A DNA stretch of 32,000 nucleotides, taken from contig NZ_LT934425.1 of the NCBI RefSeq assembly GCF_900232105.1, positions 1,590,001 through 1,622,000 of the forward strand. The letters run 5' to 3'. Both the position numbers and the translations under genes were made by a program. Of the stretch, positions 1 through 8,535 are shown in pieces (positions within the stretch are counted from its first letter, which is position 1; every line of letters begins with the position of its first letter). This DNA is from Candidatus Kuenenia stuttgartensis. Lineage in GTDB: Bacteria > Planctomycetota > Brocadiia > Brocadiales > Brocadiaceae. The notes beneath the pieces were generated by a model, which saw only the letters and a list, made by a program, of their open reading frames with translations, had not been told where the DNA came from and did not search any database.

Positions 1-733
1 TCATATATGTCGCCCATGAATTAGTTATAAACATAAGCCCTGTGCCAAAGAGATTAAGCATGATGCCAAGCGCAATGTGGCACCACTTCTTCGTCGAAGT
101 CCCTTTTAGGACATCCCACGAATAATAGTAACCATACAATGTGAACGCCTCGCCAAAAAACATTAGCGAATAGACATACATTGTTGGAGCAAACACACTG
201 GTCAAATGGCTCATAAATTCAGGGTATAAACCGAACAAACAAAAGGCCAGCAGCCCCCCTAGCGAGGCTGTTGTTGCAAATGCAGCAGACAACAACTTGG
301 TAAACTCCTTCGCCATCTTATCATATTTTATATCGCCGCTTTTAAATCCAACGATCTCGACAATAACCGCAAATATTGGCACACCAAGTACAAATGCTGC
401 GAACATCAGATGCAGCTCAGACACGATCCATACAACCACACGCGAATCCAGTCCAAAGAATGACCGGTATTGAACCGGCTCCAACTCACCCTCTTCTTCG
501 GCTGGCGCCGCGCCTTCTACCACACCTTCAGCAGTACCCTCCGCAGATTGCGGCGCTCCGGAATCCGTCTCGCCCTCAAACGCAGGCAATTCAACACCGA
601 TGTCTTCAGCATGCGCAACAGAGAGCAGCGAGATATCCTGCCGGAAAAAAGAAAGAGCCGCACCGAATGCAATAACCAACAAAAGTACAAAAATGCTTTT
701 TTGCTTTATCGACAATAACTTATAATTATTCAT
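1..733 (-). CDS. cytochrome bd-type quinol oxidase subunit I-like membrane protein (5' part only; 3' end lies beyond the window start)
   Basis: Absent from the supplied track because the frame never closes. ATG is at 733..731, followed by 244 sense codons with no in-frame stop down to base 1 (checked triplet by triplet). The translation begins MNNYKLLSIKQKSIFVLLLVIAFGA (signal/TM), then an acidic linker. It continues WIVSELHLMFAAFVLGVPIFAVIVEIVG...YDKMAKEFTKLL...SLMFFGEAFTLYGYYYSWD...FITNSWATYM, resembling CydA helices 1-4 (helix-1 His, acidic residues in helix 3, NSW-M motif). Plus-strand ORFs 376..675 and 470..718 are antisense shadows. Confidence 0.5.
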   Translation of the reverse strand, partial: MNNYKLLSIKQKSIFVLLLVIAFGAALSFFRQDISLLSVAHAEDIGVELPAFEGETDSGAPQSAEGTAEGVVEGAAPAEEEGELEPVQYRSFFGLDSRVVVWIVSELHLMFAAFVLGVPIFAVIVEIVGFKSGDIKYDKMAKEFTKLLSAAFATTASLGGLLAFCLFGLYPEFMSHLTSVFAPTMYVYSLMFFGEAFTLYGYYYSWDVLKGTSTKKWCHIALGIMLNLFGTGLMFITNSWATYM

Positions 734-790
734 TAATGGTACGCCTTTTCACAAGTAAGTTACACAAACCATAAAAACCCATCATCACAC

Positions 791-1534
791 TTATTTTTTC
801 TGATACACAAAATCTACGACCACTTCCCCACCGGCCGTTACGACAGCCTCACTCTTTCTCTTACCCAGCTTCTCTTGCCATACTGATATCTCATACGTAC
901 CGGCAGGAACATTGTCTATCCTGAATTTACCATCAGCATCCGTAACCGCAAAGTAAGGATTCCCCTTCACCAAAAGGTACGAACTCATCCACTTATGAAC
1001 ATCACACGTTATTTTCACTATTTCAGGAACATCAAACTTCTTTACCATTTTGCCATTACCGGAAACACCTTCATTAAAAGCAGGGTTTCTAATCGACCAT
1101 GAGTGCAGATTATGCATAATGGGGTCACTGTTCAGCAAATTCACTTCGGTACCCGCACACACCGCAACAACGTGTGGTTCAAATACGCAGCCTTTCTGGT
1201 CCAAGGAAACAGGAGTCGTATCCAATGCCTTTCCAACCTCAATACTGTCCAAAGACACAACCGCATTCTTGATGCCCATATTGCCCGAATTAATCACCAG
1301 ATCTTCTGACGCCTTCAACCCATGACCACATGTCTGCTCATCTTTATCAATCTTCAACATCTTTGCGGCAGGCACACCACCCTCAAGCTTTACCGTACCT
1401 GCAATTGTCCCGCCGTTTTTCACTTCAATCACATTATAAACAGGCGCTTTCCCCTTTGCCATTACCGTTTGATTAACGCTCACCAAACTTAGCACAATAC
1501 CACTTACCAAGATAACAATGTTTAAGCTTTTCAT
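791..1534 (-). CDS. secreted cupredoxin (type-1 copper)-like protein with C-terminal carboxypeptidase-regulatory-like beta-sandwich
   Basis: Track ORF is 791..1549. I prefer the second ATG (1534) because GGAGGGTGGAG lies just upstream and it gives a classic signal peptide MKSLNIVILVSGIVLSLVSV. Copper-ligand-like pattern: His in IMHNLH, then C-x2-H-x2-M in ITCDVHKWM (amicyanin/pseudoazurin-type spacing). The C-terminus DADGKFRIDNVPAGTYEISVW is a CarboxypepD_reg-type motif. Confidence 0.75.
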   Translation of the reverse strand: MKSLNIVILVSGIVLSLVSVNQTVMAKGKAPVYNVIEVKNGGTIAGTVKLEGGVPAAKMLKIDKDEQTCGHGLKASEDLVINSGNMGIKNAVVSLDSIEVGKALDTTPVSLDQKGCVFEPHVVAVCAGTEVNLLNSDPIMHNLHSWSIRNPAFNEGVSGNGKMVKKFDVPEIVKITCDVHKWMSSYLLVKGNPYFAVTDADGKFRIDNVPAGTYEISVWQEKLGKRKSEAVVTAGGEVVVDFVYQKK

Positions 1535-1936
1535 CACTCCACCCTCCATACTTCCAAATATCCAAAATTAACAACAGAAACCATCTGTTAAATGCACAAC
1601 AAAATACGAATCATATCAAAACGGTCGGATATGATACTTTTGCAAAATTAAATTGTCAACCAGAAACTTACAGACAAACCGGTAAAAATTCTCCGACACG
1701 TGAAATTTCAGCAATAGCCAAAACACACGTACAATATGCGTGCCTTTTTCAAAAAAAATATAAAAAAATAAAATAAATTGTGTAACTAATGAATCTTCAA
1801 TTTCTTAGTTTCTCGAAAGGGGAAGGGTAGTCTATCACGACTCAAAAAAATGAGTTTCACAAATGAAATGACCGTTTCGCTTTTACAATGCAAGCCTTTC
1901 AGCGTAACGATGAAAAAATTTTTGTACTTTTTATTA

Positions 1937-3010
1937 TTAGTTTAACGTTCTTTTCAAAATTTCAATGTCTCTCGGTTTTATTGTTTTCCCGGACTCCACA
2001 ATAATATCAGGCTCCATTTTGAAACGCCTTACCCACGTAGTTTCCAATGGAGGCTTCCAATATAATTTATATTCGCCAGGCATAACATTCATAAAATGAT
2101 AATAACCCTCATCATTCGTTACCATTTCAAGTTCCAAGGCACCATCTACCAGACGATAATCCCTCGACAACAGACCACCTTTCTCAAGTCTGCGCAGTTG
2201 CACCTGGCAATCTTTTATGGGTTTTCCGCTTTTTAATATCCTTCCTTCTACGCTGCCAAGACTAGCGTCTTGCAAGACCGTTGCCTCTTCTGCTACTTCC
2301 CCATCAGTATCAACCGCCTCCTCAGGCAACAATTTATCTGCTTCAACTCCGCTTGCGCCAGATGTTTTTTCCTCCCATATCCGGGTTGCCCCGTCGTCCG
2401 CGTTCGTTCCGAAATCAACAAATTCATTTTTATCGAAGGCATCTTCTTCCTCAAAAACTTTTTTTGTTTTGAAACGATAATATTTCTTTGCATTTGATTT
2501 ACCAACGATGCCTGTCCTTAATTCATCTGTCAATTCTTCTTCTCTATTATCTGTCAAGTTTTGTATTTGAGATTCAAGAGATTCGCTCTGCCGCTCTTTT
2601 TTGCTATCCATGCGTTTCCCCGTTTCCGCCACATGCGATTTGTACATTTTTTTAGCCGGAAACGTTTCCTCAACTCCATTCTCCTGAAATGACATCTGCA
2701 GAGAAGATACCGCAAGCGTAGGAATCATTACGATTATTTCGTCTTTTTTTATTTCTTTCACCTTACATTTTAAAGATATTTCCTCTGTATTCAGATGAAT
2801 CACGTCCGGGAAAGTATCCCTTTGTAAAAACAACATATCTAAAGACTTCATGTCTTTTTTTGGTATTTCTATACTCACATACTCATCCGTGACCCCCAGT
2901 ATCCTGAAATCAATCTTTTTATCGATATCTTTCAACACGATTATATCTCCACGGACAACGGTAAAAAATTGCATGCCCAAAAACAAAACTGTTACGTATA
3001 ATTTAACCAT
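1937..3010 (-). CDS. hypothetical secreted protein with acidic central region and C-terminal carboxypeptidase-regulatory-like domain
   Basis: 357-aa ORF with an N-terminal hydrophobic signal (MVKLYVTVLFLGMQFFTVV) and an acidic low-complexity middle. The C-terminus VEGRILKSGKPIKDCQVQL...TNDEGYYHFMNVMPGEYKLYW is typical of prealbumin-like/CarboxypepD_reg folds. No recognisable catalytic motif. Confidence 0.6.
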   Translation of the reverse strand: MVKLYVTVLFLGMQFFTVVRGDIIVLKDIDKKIDFRILGVTDEYVSIEIPKKDMKSLDMLFLQRDTFPDVIHLNTEEISLKCKVKEIKKDEIIVMIPTLAVSSLQMSFQENGVEETFPAKKMYKSHVAETGKRMDSKKERQSESLESQIQNLTDNREEELTDELRTGIVGKSNAKKYYRFKTKKVFEEEDAFDKNEFVDFGTNADDGATRIWEEKTSGASGVEADKLLPEEAVDTDGEVAEEATVLQDASLGSVEGRILKSGKPIKDCQVQLRRLEKGGLLSRDYRLVDGALELEMVTNDEGYYHFMNVMPGEYKLYWKPPLETTWVRRFKMEPDIIVESGKTIKPRDIEILKRTLN

Positions 3011-3370
3011 TTAATTCATTTTCTCGCTGCAATGCATTCCTTATAAATCAGTTTCACTTTTCTCAAATTCGCATCCTTCCCGTAATCACTCTATTGTCAA
3101 TTGCCAAAAAGATTTATTTAATCATTCGCATTAGTTTATCATTCATTAATTGCATATCAAATAAAAAAGAGGGATATATACATTTCGCAAACTGCCGCAA
3201 GGGCAATGCATGTAGGGGCATAAAAAGGCAGAAATCCAAATACTTGCATCGCTAACGGCCTTCCGGCCTGCGAAAAAATCCCGAAATACTTCCCTCCTTC
3301 GGATAGATGAAAGTACTGTACCAAATTTCACACACACCATGAACCTTTATACATGCACAGTTTATTCAAC

Positions 3371-3409
3371 AAAAAAGGGACATCACACCTTCATCGTGAT
3401 GTCCCTTTT
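3371..3409 (-). terminator. rho-independent terminator after the 3440..4321 gene (hairpin is flanked by A/T runs on both sides, so potentially bidirectional)
   Basis: Perfect 10-bp inverted repeat GGGACATCAC (3377-3386) / GTGATGTCCC (3396-3405) with a 9-nt loop. On the minus strand it is followed by T6 (3376-3371). It lies about 35 nt after the stop at 3440. Confidence 0.7.
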
Positions 3410-3439
3410 CCAAACATTTCTAAAAAATTAAGCATCTTT

Positions 3440-4321
3440 TTATTTTTTTCTTACCTTCACTACCAGTTTTGCCTTGCCTTTTTTGCCTTTTATTCCATCG
3501 GCCTTAAATGTTACTTTTGCGTTGCCATTCTTCTCCTTGGCAGTAATGGTGAACCTCGCCTCCCCATTTTCATTCGTTTCCACACTTTCAGGAGATATTT
3601 CTACGCGTTTCTTACCCGCCTTACTTAATGATGCAGTAACTTTCACACCTTCTGCCACACAATCACTATCCCCCGTTACCCTGACTGCCACTTCATCATT
3701 TTCCCCAAACAACAGCTTTATTTTTGAATTAGGGACATCTATACTTTTTGCCGCACACGAACCTGGCACTGCATCTTCAGCAACCATTGAGGCCGTTGTC
3801 GTATAAATATAATCACCCTTATTGGTTCCGTTGCCATTTGCCTCATTCCCTGCACCGTAAATTGTAACAGGGTCATCGGCAGGACTAGAAGGCGCCATCC
3901 ACACTACCGTCCAGCTTGAACCATCAGTTCCTCTTTCTGTGTGTGAAATATAATCACCTTCTCCGGTTTGCGTCTTATTATCAACATTGTTAAAAAGCCC
4001 GACGTGCTCATTTTTTGCATCCAAAGCAGAAAGCTGAAAACCATGTTTTGCACTGCTGGAATCACTAAATAATACGGTAATACTTACTTCTTCTCCAGGT
4101 GTATATGTGTCTGGCGCAGAAATGGAAAACACCGCACTGCCGGAATTTAATACAAAAGAATCATGACACCCTGCTGTCGCACAGGTAGCAAAATTATCTG
4201 CAGGAGATCCTGTGCGTCCATCTTCAGGCCCCTTAAGAAATGCATGCGCGACATTCATGCCGACGCTCATCATCGATAAAGAAAAAATGACACTTGCTGC
4301 AAACGTAAAAAGGCCTTTCAT
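3440..4321 (-). CDS. secreted protein: N-terminal Reeler / choice-of-anchor-like beta-sandwich domain plus C-terminal bacterial Ig-like (Big_1, invasin-type) domain
   Basis: 293-aa ORF with SD AAGGGGG upstream and signal peptide MKGLFTFAASVIFSLSMMSVGMNVAHA. The N-terminal motif RTGSPADNFATCATAGCH, then HGFQLSA and WTVVWMAPS...VTIYGAGNEANGNGTNKGDYIY, resembles Reeler-like secreted domains as I remember them. The C-terminal VAVRVTGDSD...ETNENGEARFTITAKEKNGNAKVTFKADG looks like a Big_1 Ig-like domain. The family naming is from memory, not a search. Confidence 0.6.
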   Translation of the reverse strand: MKGLFTFAASVIFSLSMMSVGMNVAHAFLKGPEDGRTGSPADNFATCATAGCHDSFVLNSGSAVFSISAPDTYTPGEEVSITVLFSDSSSAKHGFQLSALDAKNEHVGLFNNVDNKTQTGEGDYISHTERGTDGSSWTVVWMAPSSPADDPVTIYGAGNEANGNGTNKGDYIYTTTASMVAEDAVPGSCAAKSIDVPNSKIKLLFGENDEVAVRVTGDSDCVAEGVKVTASLSKAGKKRVEISPESVETNENGEARFTITAKEKNGNAKVTFKADGIKGKKGKAKLVVKVRKK

Positions 4322-4398
4322 AAAAAGCCCCCTTTCTTTAAAAAAGTTTCGCTATAATCGTCCTGCATATTTGCCACGCCTGTAATCAAATCGCGCAT

Positions 4399-4427
4399 AT
4401 TATATTACGCACAACATTTCATGTCAA
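4399..4427 (-). promoter_or_regulatory. consensus sigma70-type promoter for the 3440..4321 gene
   Basis: On the minus strand: TTGACA (4427-4422), a 17-nt spacer, then TATAAT (4404-4399). This matches both hexamer consensus sequences exactly, about 78 nt upstream of the ATG at 4321. Confidence 0.5.
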
Positions 4428-4492
4428 TATAGGTGCTGGAGGGGTTATGCAAGGCGATTACTAAATCTTAAACATGTCTTGCAAACTGGGGG

Positions 4493-4741
4493 TTACGCGA
4501 CAAAGTCAATGCTATGTTTTAAATTATGGATTGCGTCACCATCTTTAAATTTGAATTTAACCATATGCGGCAAATCCTTTTCCTCTTTGTCGCTAATATT
4601 AGATTTGTCAGACTGGCTTGATGACTGTACTTGCGCCATCTTCCGGGCGGCTTCTTTTTTGGGATTATAGTGTGGTACAAGAGCCGCTGCATTCGCAACA
4701 ACGTTTGTATTATCCCCTATCCTCGCCAATGCGTTTAACAT
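4493..4741 (-). CDS. hypothetical small protein (82 aa)
   Basis: ORF with AAGGG 7 nt upstream of the ATG. Composition is plausible (Ser/Lys-rich middle, C-terminal VKFKFKDGDAIHNLK). No family recognised. Confidence 0.35.
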   Translation of the reverse strand: MLNALARIGDNTNVVANAAALVPHYNPKKEAARKMAQVQSSSQSDKSNISDKEEKDLPHMVKFKFKDGDAIHNLKHSIDFVA

Positions 4742-5052
4742 AACTTGCCCTTTATGTTAAAATGTTAATGATTATAAACTGTAATCAGATGAATAAAATT
4801 CTCCGCTACACATCGAATCCTATCATTTTCCATATAAAGCGCAAGTTTTTTTTGAATTTTATTTCTTTGTTTAGCCCGAAATTCTCACATTTACTTATAA
4901 ACCTTCCATGAAAATAAGATATCGTTCCCCTTCTTTCTTTTTAAAACCCACCGGATTATTTATCCATTTCCCCTTGCGTGCAAACGTGCGGGGAATATCT
5001 TCTGTTTAAACAATAGATATGCACTTTCATAAATCCAGCGTCCGAAGGGCTT

Positions 5053-5766
5053 TCATGTACTGCCGCCTGTTGCCTTGCCTATTCTATGGTCTAAATCAAT
5101 AAGCCTTACGTTGCAATTGCCGCAAGAATGATATTTTGCGTCTTTTGCCATGAAACAAAGTTCTTTGACGATTTTAGGATTGCCGCCTGAAAACTTATAG
5201 ATGTCTTTTCTGAAATCGTCCGTGTGGTTCACCTTAATATTGAATTCTTTAACAAAATAATCTACCAGTTTATCCGTGGCGGGTTTTTCAAGATTCGTTA
5301 TTTCCACCTTTATAAAATCAAATAAAATCATGCGTAAATGGTCGATATCTTTTTTCCTTATTCCACGGCTTATCATTATGAGAGGAATTTTTTTATCCAT
5401 TAAATACAGGAAGAAATAATAGAGTCTCGGCGTAACTAATTCTACATGGTCAAAAATGATATATGCGGGTTTTTCCCTGTCAAGCATGCTAAAGAATGCT
5501 TTTCTCAACATTGCAATATTCTTGTTCTGAACATCTTTAGTCTCTTTACCATGAAAGAGAATAGGATTTATTAATGATTCCCTTAATGTCTTGCTGCTGT
5601 GAGAATAAAGTAACTTTTCTGCCTTCCTCCGGCTTACTGTTTCATGAATAATGGCGCTTTTACCCGTTCCTTCCTCACCGTAAATAATGATATTCTTCCT
5701 GCCGTTCATTAAGCCGGTTATAAATTGGCACTCTTTTTCTCTTCCAAACAACACATCTTTTTCCAC
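5053..5766 (-). CDS. AAA+/ORC-like P-loop ATPase (AAA_16-type)
   Basis: 237-aa ORF starting at GTG. N-terminal FGREKECQFI followed by Walker A IIIYGEEGTGKSAI, Walker B-like AYIIFDHVE, and a C-terminal CxxC (HSCGNCN). An in-frame TAA directly precedes the GTG (see findings). Confidence 0.7.
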   Translation of the reverse strand: MEKDVLFGREKECQFITGLMNGRKNIIIYGEEGTGKSAIIHETVSRRKAEKLLYSHSSKTLRESLINPILFHGKETKDVQNKNIAMLRKAFFSMLDREKPAYIIFDHVELVTPRLYYFFLYLMDKKIPLIMISRGIRKKDIDHLRMILFDFIKVEITNLEKPATDKLVDYFVKEFNIKVNHTDDFRKDIYKFSGGNPKIVKELCFMAKDAKYHSCGNCNVRLIDLDHRIGKATGGST

Positions 5767-5964
5767 TTATGCACCGTTTCTGCTCACTATTTTTTCCAAC
5801 TCATCGCATAAAGGACAGTACTTCATATTTTCTGCCAGCAAAGCATTAATATCATATCCTTACTTCTTAAATATATTAACCAGAAGAAGGACGCCGATAA
5901 TTCGCGAATATACCTCGTTTGCTCTATCCATTTATTTTGACTCTTAATTATTCAACTCGCTTTT

Positions 5965-6351
5965 TCACTGTGATTTAGTAATGTACCTGTATGTCAAGTC
6001 CCTTGCCGTTCTCCCAACAATTCCCACTTCCAAATCAGATCGATTTACAATAAACTCTACAGACGTGGGAATTCCTATTTCCCAGAGAGTATTGAGTATT
6101 GCAATCTTTAAAAAGGTACTGTCCGTTTTTTTAAAGAGTGTAATAAGAGGTTTCACCGCTTTTTCACTTTTCAGCCTGCCTACGATATATACTGCCCGCA
6201 GAACTGTTTCCGGTTCTGTATGCCTTAGCGCATTTATCAATTTTTTCTCATAATCCATGCCTTCATATTTCAATATATCCGCATTACAGAAAGGACATGT
6301 TTCCTCAACCGCATTTATTTCCTTCCAACATTCCGGACAATAAAATGTCAT
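5965..6351 (-). CDS. zinc-ribbon plus HEAT-repeat (PBS-lyase HEAT-like) protein
   Basis: The track ORF 5965..6528 would overlap the upstream FNT gene by 89 nt with a hydrophobic junk N-terminus. The internal ATG at 6351 gives MTFYCPECWKEINAVEETCPFC (two CxxC pairs) followed by HEAT-like repeats LINALRHTEPETVLRAVYIVGRLKSEKAVKPLITLFKKTDSTFLKIAILNTLWEIG. Confidence 0.6.
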   Translation of the reverse strand: MTFYCPECWKEINAVEETCPFCNADILKYEGMDYEKKLINALRHTEPETVLRAVYIVGRLKSEKAVKPLITLFKKTDSTFLKIAILNTLWEIGIPTSVEFIVNRSDLEVGIVGRTARDLTYRYITKSQ

Positions 6352-6439
6352 GATACATCCATCCTTTGAATTAAATGAGAATCCAGAGAAATGAAACAGA
6401 AAACCGGATTGCTGCTTTCGCAGGAATAACAACTTACTT

Positions 6440-7330
6440 TTATCGCTTACTATAGCAGTTGTGAGGCCGCAGGTAAATAAACCAGAATACCACGCCCACC
6501 AAAACAACGCCGCCCACAAAGTTTCCAATGGTGACCGGAAAGAGGTTATTTATAAAAAATCCCTTCCATGTAAGTTGTGAAATATCTAATGTTTTACCTG
6601 CCATCTCTTCTGCAGCAGCAACGACAGCCTGGTTTTTCCGCAATACCAAACCCATCGGGATAAAATACATGTTCGCAACACAATGTTCAAACCCGCTGGC
6701 AACAAAACCGCCGATAGGAAACAGAACCGAAAGCACCTTATCTGCCATGCTTCTACCACTATAACATAACCAAACATTAAGGCATACCAAGGCATTGCAA
6801 AGCACACCTCTTGCCAGGGCTGCCTCAAAAGAGAGGGTAGTCTTTTTGTGGGCAATAAGCAACGCCTTTGCGCCCGTCATAAAATGAAAAAATTCCCATT
6901 GATGAGCCAGATACATCCAGAAGACCATCAGGATCCCGCCTATAAAGTTACCCACATACACAATAATCCATATCCTGAGCAAGTCCCGGGTTGTAATACG
7001 TTTGCTAAGATAGCCCATAACGTTGAGATTGTTACCGGTAAAGAGTTCGGCCCCGGCGGTTTCAACCAGTATGAGTCCGAGTGAAAACACTATACCCATA
7101 ATAAGAGAGGTAATGCCTAAATGGAGAGCAGAATCACTCGTTACAAAAGTAGCAAACTGTGCGCCCATGGCAACAAATATCCCGGCCATGATACTCAATA
7201 TAAAGGTCTGCATAACACGCAATCCTGCCCTTGCGACAGCCTTGTTTTCAACAATGGCAGCGGTTTGCACAGGCGAATGCGCGGCACCGGCATGTGCTGC
7301 CCGGCGGAATTCTGACATATCGTTTCCCAT
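6440..7330 (-). CDS. formate/nitrite transporter family channel (FocA/NirC-type), paralogue 2
   Basis: 296-aa polytopic membrane ORF with the FNT signatures GAELFTGNN (omega-loop Thr) and SGFEHCVANMYFIPMG (S-loop His). A perfect SD AAGGAGG is embedded in the 3' end of the upstream paralogue, with only a 5-nt gap. Confidence 0.9.
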   Translation of the reverse strand: MGNDMSEFRRAAHAGAAHSPVQTAAIVENKAVARAGLRVMQTFILSIMAGIFVAMGAQFATFVTSDSALHLGITSLIMGIVFSLGLILVETAGAELFTGNNLNVMGYLSKRITTRDLLRIWIIVYVGNFIGGILMVFWMYLAHQWEFFHFMTGAKALLIAHKKTTLSFEAALARGVLCNALVCLNVWLCYSGRSMADKVLSVLFPIGGFVASGFEHCVANMYFIPMGLVLRKNQAVVAAAEEMAGKTLDISQLTWKGFFINNLFPVTIGNFVGGVVLVGVVFWFIYLRPHNCYSKR

Positions 7331-7335
7331 TAACC

Positions 7336-8247
7336 CTAAACCTCCTTTCCCTTCTCAGGAAAGCGTAAATATACAAACCAGTACGCACCTGCAACTAACA
7401 CAACACCACCGATTACATTTCCGAGAACGACAGGACACAAATTATCGAATAAAAATCCTTTAAAAAAGGTGAGATTGGAAAGGTCTAGTCTCCCACCATG
7501 TACCTTTTCTGCAACGGTCAGCACCATTCGGTTGTCTTTCAGAATAATCCCCATGGGGATAAGCCACATATTGACAGCACCGTGCTCAAACCCACATGCC
7601 ATGATACAGGAAACAGGCCACAGCAATGACAGTATTTTATCAATATTGCTTTTACTGCAGTAACACAGCCAAACACCCAGACATATCAGTGCATTGCCCA
7701 TCATTCCGCGCGCCAGGAGTACACCAAACGAGGTGTTTACTTTCTCGTTAGCCATGAGAATAATTTTTGCGCCCAGCAGGTAATTGCTCATCATCCACTG
7801 CTCAGATTTGTATATCCATACCACCAAGGTTAACGCTCCAATAAGATTACCAATAAACGCTATGATTACATTCCTCGTAAATGCCCTGCCGGTAATTTTC
7901 CCGGATAGAAAAGACATTGCGACAAGAGGGTTTCCCATAAAAAGTTCTGCGCCGGTGATTACTATTAAAACCATCGACAGAGTAAAAGCCACACCCCCGA
8001 CAAGTTGGTTTAAACCATAGCTAGAGGTTGCGGTATGGGTTACTAACACGGATAGTTGCATACCAAGCGCAATAAAGACCCCCGCAAGTATACCGAGACC
8101 AAGCAGGGTTAAAGCGTCAAGATTCGTCCTTGCACGACCTACCAGCCCAGCTTTCTTAGCCGTTTCAAACGGCTCACAGGCATCGGCCCCAGTAACCAGT
8201 TTGTTACACTTCTGATTGCTTATATCAGTACCTTTTGTTTCTGACAT
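7336..8247 (-). CDS. formate/nitrite transporter family channel, paralogue 1 (omega-loop Thr replaced by Met)
   Basis: 303-aa ORF, colinear with paralogue 2 and with FocA as I remember it. S-loop CGFEHGAVNMWLIPMG retains the His, but the omega loop reads GAELFMGNP. SD AAGGAG sits 8 nt upstream. Confidence 0.9.
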   Translation of the reverse strand: MSETKGTDISNQKCNKLVTGADACEPFETAKKAGLVGRARTNLDALTLLGLGILAGVFIALGMQLSVLVTHTATSSYGLNQLVGGVAFTLSMVLIVITGAELFMGNPLVAMSFLSGKITGRAFTRNVIIAFIGNLIGALTLVVWIYKSEQWMMSNYLLGAKIILMANEKVNTSFGVLLARGMMGNALICLGVWLCYCSKSNIDKILSLLWPVSCIMACGFEHGAVNMWLIPMGIILKDNRMVLTVAEKVHGGRLDLSNLTFFKGFLFDNLCPVVLGNVIGGVVLVAGAYWFVYLRFPEKGKEV

Positions 8248-8535
8248 AAAATCGACTCCTTATATAATGTCTTGTTGGACTTTTCTAGTAAAAGACGTCC
8301 AATATGAAAGCCAGTATACCGAGAACGAGTAGGATAAAAGCGAGGGTTGCCCTGGCGGTACCTACCGGTGCCGCTTCCTCAGCCGTTTCTGAAGGCACAC
8401 AGGCATCGACCTCAATAACTGGCGTGCCATACCCCCGATTGTTTATATCGCCATCTTTTATGTTTATCATAAAATCGACTCCTTTTCTGATTTTCCGCCT
8501 GGCTTTTCTAATAAAAGACGTTCCATATCAAAAAT
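8087..8535. repeat. diverged tandem duplication (unit about 224 bp) covering the leader plus first ~55 codons of the FNT gene
   Basis: Copy A (about 8087-8310) and copy B (about 8311-8535) align end to end. Examples: AGTATACCGAGACCAAGCAGGGTTAAAGCG vs AGTATACCGAGAACGAGTAGGATAAAAGCG, CATAAAATCGACTCCTT in both, and GGACTTTTCTAGTAAAAGACGTCC vs GGCTTTTCTAATAAAAGACGTTCC. Confidence 0.7.
8285..8470 (-). pseudogene. 5' remnant (N-terminal ~55 codons) of an FNT gene, retained as a 61-codon ORF with its own SD
   Basis: MINIKDGDINNRGYGTPVIEVDACVPSETAEEAAPVGTARATLAFILLVLGILA aligns with MSETKGTDISNQKCNKLVTGADACEPFETAKKAGLVGRARTNLDALTLLGLGILA of paralogue 1. The same leader (AAGGAGTCGATTTTATG) precedes both. 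Homology ends where the copy abuts the leader of paralogue 1. Confidence 0.6.

Noticed and set aside
3440-4321. Annotating the 293-aa secreted protein as a c-type cytochrome because of CATAGCH (CX4CH)
   Set aside because: There is a single motif in a domain whose other conserved blocks resemble a Reeler-like beta-sandwich, where a Cys...Cys-His segment is part of the fold signature. With no second axial ligand evident, it is kept as an open question inside a finding, not a call.
5965-6528. Long (187-aa) version of the Zn-ribbon/HEAT ORF
   Set aside because: The first 59 codons overlap the 3' end of the FNT gene and encode hydrophobic nonsense. The internal ATG at 6351 begins exactly at the zinc ribbon.
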